DNA from: Eutreptiella sp. 'Long Island Sound 2002'
Taxonomy: Eukaryota; Protista; Euglenida
Direction: 5' to 3'
NCBI GenBank assembly: GCA_964036045.1
Contig: OZ038378.1
Span: 28,086,001 to 28,150,000, forward strand
DNA length: 64,000 bases
The translations under genes and the position numbers were made by a program. The first letter of the stretch is position 1. Each line of letters starts with the position of its first letter. Under the pieces are notes generated by a model, which was given only the letters and a program-made list of their open reading frames with translations, searched no databases and was not told where the DNA came from. Positions 57,699-64,000 of this stretch are shown here, piece by piece.

Positions 57699-59487
57699 GC
57701 TGGCCACCAATGTGGAAGCGGCCACGGACATCTCGCCGCCGGACATCAGCACGTCATCCTCGCGGAGACATCGGTCTAAGTTGGTGGTGCCAGTGGAGGT
57801 GGCCGAGAAGGGCCTGGGGGACACGGGGGCCATCGACATACCGGACAGTGTCTGGGATGCCATGGCTCCGGCTAATTTCCTATGGGCCTCTGAGGGCACC
57901 CCTCCCCAGCCATTTTCATCGGACCCGCCGTTGGTTGCACTTGTTCACACCCTGTTGGGGCAGCAGCTTGTTGCGGTTTCCCCGTCGCAAAAACCGCCGA
58001 ATGCAAGGGCGTATGTCCAGCACAAGAATGAGCACAAGTGCTCCCTGATCTTACCCATGCTAGACCTGAATGCCCGCTGTGTGGACCCCCTGCCATTTAA
58101 ATTGCCCACATTGGATGGGCTGGCACACCTGCTGCAATTGTGCGCACTGCGTAGGGAGCAATTGTTTTACTGCACCCTTGATCTAAGCAACCACTTCTGG
58201 AGCTGTCGGCTGCCCCCACCGCAGCGCGACAGCATCAGGGTGGGGGTGGGGGGGCGGGTGTACGCACTGCAGTCCTTGCCATTCGGTTGGAAGCACAGTC
58301 CCTCCATGGCGCAAGCCATTTTGGCAGCATTCCTTGTAGAATATTTCCCAGGGTCGGTGGTGGTGATCCAATATGCAGATGATGTGTTGGTGGCAGGCAG
58401 GCACTCCACCTCGGTCCGTCAGCAGGCACTGCGTACGAAGGCAGATTTAGAAAAGGCCGGTTGGGTGGTCAGTCCAAAGTCCTCCCTGGACCCCAGCGAT
58501 CGCGTGAAATGGATGGGAAAGGTGGTCGGGGGAGACCTGGGAGGAGTGCATAATGCACCAGCACTGCAGGCACACCTCGTCTGCTGTTGGCTTAGACTAG
58601 CCACCACCGGATATTCGGACAAAGCGCTGAGGCGCATGCTGGGGAAACTACAGTGGGCACTGCGGCCGGGGAGGGGGGCGCAGCCTTTCCTGGCTGGCGC
58701 GTACCGTTGGCTCAACCAGGGACCCAGTACTGCGAAGTGTACACCACCCAAGGTCCTGCGGGGCCTCCTGGAAGGCATTGCTTGTGCTTTGGTCCCATGG
58801 GTGGCACACGGCGCCCTAGGATCAACTGATACGTTTTACTGCGACGCGGCCCGACAGGGCCAGAATTATTATGTTGGCATTTGGGGGGATTCACTGGGGA
58901 TGCGTATAAAGAGGCTGCCTGATTGGGTAGCTACACAGCAAGCAGCGGAGCTGGCTGGTATTGTCGAGACAGTGCGCACGGGGGCATACAGACGGGTGCA
59001 GTTCCTGCGGATCTATGGTGACAACATGTCATCATTGTTTTCTGCCATGAAGGGCAGAGCAGCCACGGCCTGTGATGCACAAAACAGGCTGCTGCGCCAG
59101 CTGCAGCACACTCTGCGTTGGTCTGTGGCGGTGGTTGAACTGCTGTGGGTCAAGGGAGGGTTGAACCCCGCGGATGTACCATCCCGCTGGAGATCTTATG
59201 AATCTCCTGACGACATGCTTGTAGCAGCACTATGCACTCAAGCGCGCTTGGACCAGGAGCGCGTGCACACACCCCTGCATGTAGGGACAGTGCGATACAG
59301 AGGCTTGGGGGGGGGGGGGGGGGGGCACAGGCGTAGGGAGATCCCACAGCGGCCGCAAGGGCAACGCGTGGGAGCCACCCGGTTTCGAGGTAAGCCAGCG
59401 CCACCCTGCCCTACCCCCCGTGCCCTCTCCCCAGTCTTTTCTAGAGACAGGGGGGGGGGGGAGCCGCACAGCGTTTTCATCGGGTAG
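56125..59487 (+). CDS. Pol: reverse transcriptase plus RNase H (DIRS type); functional start possibly ~57430
   Basis: RT motifs LDLSNHFW, LPFGWKHSP and YADD. RNase H motifs FYCDAA, QQAAELAG, YGDN and NPADVPSR. The 1120-codon open frame ends inside B1. Confidence 0.92.
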   Translation: MPWEPSERAGQARQHSSQGCGYWKSYASSKRWLPRSTGCKPGRLVKDGRAGHNLSRSPHGTTSRRSPLAGATRPGAGWCAWPFAASCTSGGWATRPASRGSGYQCRGSLHSGTKSATRRSPHTPSRLFSRRGGHISGNTDLDTCKYDSRWSQVEGRCYKRCSSKWCNTGTSQKLPGTASRSWGPCPGGTKAESCGGCKCGAAGGHRPSPDITGRHRQDGHYRQKSTCHGRWGTADGWPEMWRDDWSNPSHSGPRMHGHQCRRSQQPCSPGGTGTTPNHRETTLTPPAPARQMRGQMRQTRKRQRQSRWSCWRNSMMSLKERRDRRSRMVWVLRLRTPRWSQLLMTLLLQRATADLMRSMWYTLWSMTRMMVVTQLVIWGQTLRHQRRRTTRQPDASGNAMVTTCPTAPSGHAGENMKVEASHLCGNPNPTQPHTMGMWSQRLGEVHSTSCGDLCRCTALAQIKCLECGALVTDHWLQASKKVAETIRVKEQTVRDLLRDYMMTTMCRWNEEAGPASRHLGAVLHELATNVEAATDISPPDISTSSSRRHRSKLVVPVEVAEKGLGDTGAIDIPDSVWDAMAPANFLWASEGTPPQPFSSDPPLVALVHTLLGQQLVAVSPSQKPPNARAYVQHKNEHKCSLILPMLDLNARCVDPLPFKLPTLDGLAHLLQLCALRREQLFYCTLDLSNHFWSCRLPPPQRDSIRVGVGGRVYALQSLPFGWKHSPSMAQAILAAFLVEYFPGSVVVIQYADDVLVAGRHSTSVRQQALRTKADLEKAGWVVSPKSSLDPSDRVKWMGKVVGGDLGGVHNAPALQAHLVCCWLRLATTGYSDKALRRMLGKLQWALRPGRGAQPFLAGAYRWLNQGPSTAKCTPPKVLRGLLEGIACALVPWVAHGALGSTDTFYCDAARQGQNYYVGIWGDSLGMRIKRLPDWVATQQAAELAGIVETVRTGAYRRVQFLRIYGDNMSSLFSAMKGRAATACDAQNRLLRQLQHTLRWSVAVVELLWVKGGLNPADVPSRWRSYESPDDMLVAALCTQARLDQERVHTPLHVGTVRYRGLGGGGGGHRRREIPQRPQGQRVGATRFRGKPAPPCPTPRALSPVFSRDRGGGEPHSVFIG

Positions 59488-59870
59488 GGGCATGGACTTG
59501 AACCCGGAGTTGTTGTCAGCAAGTGACAGGCTGTGTGTTGGGCTTGAGGTGCAGTGCATGTTTCAGTGCAGGGTGCATAACCTAAACCTTAGTTTATGGA
59601 TATAAACTATAGTTTAGGACTCCGACTGTGTTGCATAGTGTGTTCTTTGCACTGATGGTTGGGTCCCCCACCCACCCACCCTTACTGGCCCTGGATCTGC
59701 TACCCCACCCACCACACCGGCCAGTGCCCTGCCCCCACCCACCCCCCCCCCCCCCTCCGGGCCGCCGAATGCATCCAGCGCCTGTGCCGCAGTACAGTCA
59801 GCTCTGCCGCCTCCGCTTTGCAAACACTGTCTACTGGAAGCAGCCTGCCTGGCTGCACATGCCCTGCCCC

Positions 59871-59978
59871 CGGGTAGGGGCATGGACCTGAACCCCGAGT
59901 TGTTGTCAGCAAGTGACAGGCTGTGTGTTGGGCTTGAGGTGCAGTGCATTTTTCAGTGCAGGGTGCATAACCTAAACC
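59871..59978 (+). repeat. Terminal repeat B2 (copy B1 at 59481-59588)
   Basis: 108-bp repeat with 3 mismatches, ending in cataacctaaacc. Confidence 0.95.
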
Positions 59979-61274
59979 AACTATAATTTAATTCAAAAAA
60001 CAGGCTACCGCGCTAATTGTTAACCGGGTCTCTGAGTGGCTTTTGAGACATGTTATTGTGTCGCTCTTCTTTGTTTTTTTTAGAGATTGAAAAAAGATTT
60101 TGTGCCGAAAACAATAATCAGCTAAAAGAAGATTACGGGCCCAAAAGATTATATGATCATCATGAATTTGTGAAAAGGTTGCACAGAGGGACTTACGGGG
60201 AGTGTTAGTGCACGAGGCCACCCCATCAGGGGCAATGCCTGAATTTTGTAAAGTGGGTTACTTAGCCACCTTGGCCAGAGCCCATGTACGTAGTTTTATG
60301 CAGAAGGGGGGAAGGGTTTTGGGATTGACAGGGTAGGTTGCCGATGGGCCTTTTTCCTTGTTCAATAATCTCCTCCAGGGGGGGCTTTTTCTGCGGAGGT
60401 TGGAAAGGGGGGACCCGACCCCCCTCTAAAAGCTCTTCTTTATACAATTATATACGGGGCGATGAAAAAAGATTTCGCATCTAAAAAATCTTGGACCTAT
60501 TGATGCATAAATTGTGTTTCAACTTAATTGAGCTTTGGTGTCCACTTGAAAGCATGACATTGCATTTCAATATGTTGCTTTAGCCATAAAATGATACATT
60601 GAACATCAAGTACGGAGTCATGTTTCCTTAAAGGCATAGGTTCTTCAACGAAAAAAGGCCCTTAACAATCCTTTTGGTGCAGTAGCCTATCCTTATCATC
60701 AAGGCGGCGTACCTACACACAATTGCTTCACTACATATCTGCTGTGTCCGTGTAGTACCTTCTCTCCCCGGAGACCTTGGTTCCTCTAAGACTTGCAATT
60801 GTGTACATGGACTTTTGCCAATGTGCATGAGTCCTCTACGATACGAAATTTAGGCATTAGCTATGATATTTTCAAATTAGTTCTTTTCATAGGTCTTCGA
60901 GTGAAGGTAGACCCTTGTTCCCCAGCAAACGGAATTGTGCACATGAGCTCTAGCCAAGGCGGCTGAGTATCCTACTTGACAAAGTTCAGACACATTTTTG
61001 GAACCGTCCAAACAGCCTGTATGCATAGGTTTGCCACCGCCAAAGAGGCAGACCTGTTGAGAAACACAAGATTCGCGCACTGCACCCAAAACCTTCATCT
61101 TTCATAACATCTCTGCATCTCTGTAGCTTGCACGAATTCTCGTGCATCCAGTTGCCATGAAACCCTTTGCCGTGGACGCACATCAAAAAGCGCAAGAGCA
61201 GCAATGTGCCGTGCCACTTCCACTCCTTGTCCCTTTGCCCATTGCTGTTAAGGAGGTTCGTTTGCCCATTTGTG

Positions 61275-62540
61275 TTAAGGGGGAAGGTTGGAATGCAATA
61301 CCATGCACATGCTTAGGACATGTGTCTCCACCATGTCCTGCATGTTGCTGGTGAACCTCCCACGCAACGATATGGCATGCTCTACAGCGGCCTGTGCAAT
61401 ATGTTCGCAATTGCGCAAGGACACACCACACGTTAATTCATTGTGTATGCTCCCTTTCACGGGCCAAGGCCTCCCACATCTTGGACATTTGCACATTGGC
61501 AAAGCGCTTTATCATGTGCTTCTTAAGGTCTGCCCACTCTTCCAAGGCACGGTCACAACGCACATGTGCTGCGTCGAAGTCAGCTTGGTGTGACGCCATG
61601 AAACACCGCAACTGGCCCACACCATATGTGGCATGCTCATACGTGGAAGAGCCAGCAAACTGCCATGGTCCAACAACACTGCACCCCCCTTGGGTTGATT
61701 TTTGCCTGTCCCTCTTTGAAGCCAGCAAGCAAGACATCAGTTACTACACGTGCGGTGGTGCTAGGAAAGGGGGGGGGGGGGGGTTGCACACTTCTGCCCG
61801 TGAGCATCAAACTGCATCAAGTGGACACCATGCCATGCACCTGTTATGGTTTGCTCCTTGAATTGTAACCAACCCGGACCCTCCTCTCGGGCTAACTTCC
61901 GCAACCATGCTTGTAACATGTCTGTTGCAGTGGCCAAATGCGCACCAGTGGTCGCGTGCAACGGTGCAACGTTGCTAAAACACCGCATTCGATGCACAAT
62001 GTCACCATGAACCACCCCCCATGCAAGTAACGAGGCATCATGGCTGCCCTCCCACACATCCTCCTCTTTCGTCGAATGTTGCATCTTAGAATCCAAATGC
62101 CGTGCCACCCAAGGGGCGTTTGCAAACAAAGCATTATTGTGACGTGCATTTGCTTGGGACCAGCTGATGTGATGACTAGTGGGTACCATTTGCAAACCGC
62201 TGCGTTTATGTGGCTGCACATGATCCTGGACACACTTTTGCAACTCCTTGCATTGGCGTGCCCCATTGTACAGACCTCGAAGGGTGTCGTGAGGCAAAAA
62301 CAACGGTAGTGTACACAAAAACACAGAGGAATGGCATTGAGGCATGAAATGGCAGTTGACAGCACCTATCACTACATGGTCCACCACTCCCTGTTCCCTT
62401 CGACCATTCCTAGCCCTTGGGGAAGCACATCTGTGCATGGAGTATTTTGCCACATGTTTCTCGCATTTGGTGTGCTTTTCCAGACAGGCCACAAGACATA
62501 TTCCATCCCACAAGGGGGGTAGGCTTTTCCAAATGCTCAT
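61275..62540 (-). mobile_element. hAT-like transposase remnant
   Basis: EEWADLK...MWEAL, then AAVEHAISLRGRFTSNMQDMVETHVLSMCMVLHSN, resembling the hAT C-terminal dimerisation motif (VERxFS...T..RN.L....L..LM.I..N). Confidence 0.5.
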
Positions 62541-63960
62541 ACAAGGGGAAGGGGGGGGGGGGCTGTGGTGTGCAATTCTTTTTCCGTTTCAACTGAAGAC
62601 AACCATGGAGAGCAAAGGGAAGCAAAGCATGCAAAGCACAGGAGGCAAAGCGCCAAGGCTCGGCCTACAAGTAGGTTTTGCTGCCTCAAGGGTCAGCATA
62701 ACAGTCGGAGTTACAACATACATTCACAAAACACATCCACCAATGCAGAGCCCCTTCTCATATATTATGTTGCAGCTAAAAAAAGCAGGGCACTGTGAGG
62801 CTCATGCAAGAACAATTGCGTGGGCTCCAGTGCCCGGCATCAAGAGGTCATCCTCTATGCTGGCTGACGATAGAGGCAACCTATAGACAGGCAGATGTTG
62901 TGTTGGACATGGATGTCATGATTGATTCCCACCAGGAAAATGCGTCTTTCAAAGGGGCTGTTGGTACGAAATAGGGCCTAAGAAAAATGTCCCTGCAGGG
63001 TTCTGCCTTTGCACGAACCCAACATGAACAACCCATCCCCACTGGGTGCCTGCACACATCCAATAAGAATCATTGAAGGGGATGCAAAAAATCTTGACTA
63101 CATGGGCATGGGGGGTTGGGCACATGAACCAATTCACCTAAGGTCACAACGGCACAGCTGAGACTGCAGACTGCAGACTGCAGACTGGCTATGCTACCTC
63201 AAGAATCAACATTGTGACGAGTGCAAATTATATCAATTGAATTCGGATTCACAAATAAAACGGTCATGGTGACCACACGAACACCAAATGAGACATACGT
63301 TCACACACATATTTTTCATTCCTAGTTAGCCGTGTTTTTCCGGACAGGCCACAAGAATACATTCCAAAGGGGGGGGCACACTTTTCCAAATGCTCATATA
63401 GGGGGGAGGGGGAGGGGGGTGTTTTCAAGTTCTTTTTCCGTTCTACACGAAGACAAACATGGACAGCAAAGGAAAGCGAGGCACGTAAAGCACGGGAGGC
63501 ACCGACAAAGTATTGACTATAACTAAATGGTACATTGCAATCCAAATTCATAGAACCACAAATACAAAGCTGCTTCTCCGATGTATTCTTGTTGTTTCGA
63601 CAAGTGGTCTGTGGCCGCCGGCGGACATGGTGCATGTTCTGTCCTACACGACTGACTGGTAAATGGTGGAGGCAGGACACAGGGACATAGGGGTGTGCTC
63701 ATTTCCTTGGTAGCCACCTTGTTTTTGGTTTTCAAAAGCTCTGTCCGCACAAATCGGGGTCTAAGAAAAAGGTCCCTGCGGGGGTTTGTGGCTACACACT
63801 GACCCATGTGTCACAGAGCATCTGTGCTGTGCTGCACCATGGACAGCCCTGCCAACCACGTTGTGTGAAACTTGGTGTTAAGGGCCACAAAGAGGACTTG
63901 GCTGCATGTGTCGAACGTCATGCATCTTCATTAAGGGGTTGCACAGAAGGTTGCTTGTGA
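62370..63960. repeat. Diverged tandem duplication, unit ~860 bp
   Basis: gacaggccacaaga...cttttccaaatgctcata occurs at 62483 and 63343, with further colinear blocks downstream of each. Confidence 0.7.
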
Positions 63961-64000
63961 GTCACATTACACAATGACAACACAATGGCAGAAGTATACA

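Larger units (their letters stand above)
54817..59978 (+). mobile_element. Tyrosine-recombinase (DIRS-order, VIPER-like) retrotransposon with split direct repeats, 5162 bp
   Basis: Structure A1(54817-54896)-gag-YR-RT/RH-B1(59481-59588)A2(59587-59666)-spacer-B2(59871-59978). A1 and A2 are identical over 80 bp; B1 and B2 differ at 3 of 108 positions. No conventional TSD. Confidence 0.93.

Overview
Repeat-dense eukaryotic DNA with canonical GT-AG introns and many homopolymer and (CA)n tracts. A protist, possibly euglenozoan, origin is only an inference from the retroelement type. Two host genes are supportable: a complete 4-exon DHHC palmitoyltransferase (42280-49497, +, 304 aa) and the last three exons of an unknown Pro-rich/coiled-coil protein (<1-9307, +). 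Most of the rest is nested mobile DNA. (1) A young, near-intact tyrosine-recombinase retrotransposon (54817-59978) in gag-YR-RT/RNaseH order with split direct repeats A1..B1A2..B2, a hairpin junction and a CC crossover core. (2) A decayed multi-gene region (~18360-30497) combining a RAG1/Transib-like transposase, a PhyH-type 2OG-Fe(II) dioxygenase and several unknown ORFs, with homologous 11-bp-periodic palindrome arrays between genes; it is my best candidate for an undescribed system, but no termini were found, so its unity is inferred. (3) A 2967-bp TIR transposon with a 5-bp TSD nested in (2). (4) tRNA-derived SINE-like elements, RNase H-bearing LINE fragments, a long inverted duplication and a hAT remnant. 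All protein-family calls are from manual motif reading; no database search was run.
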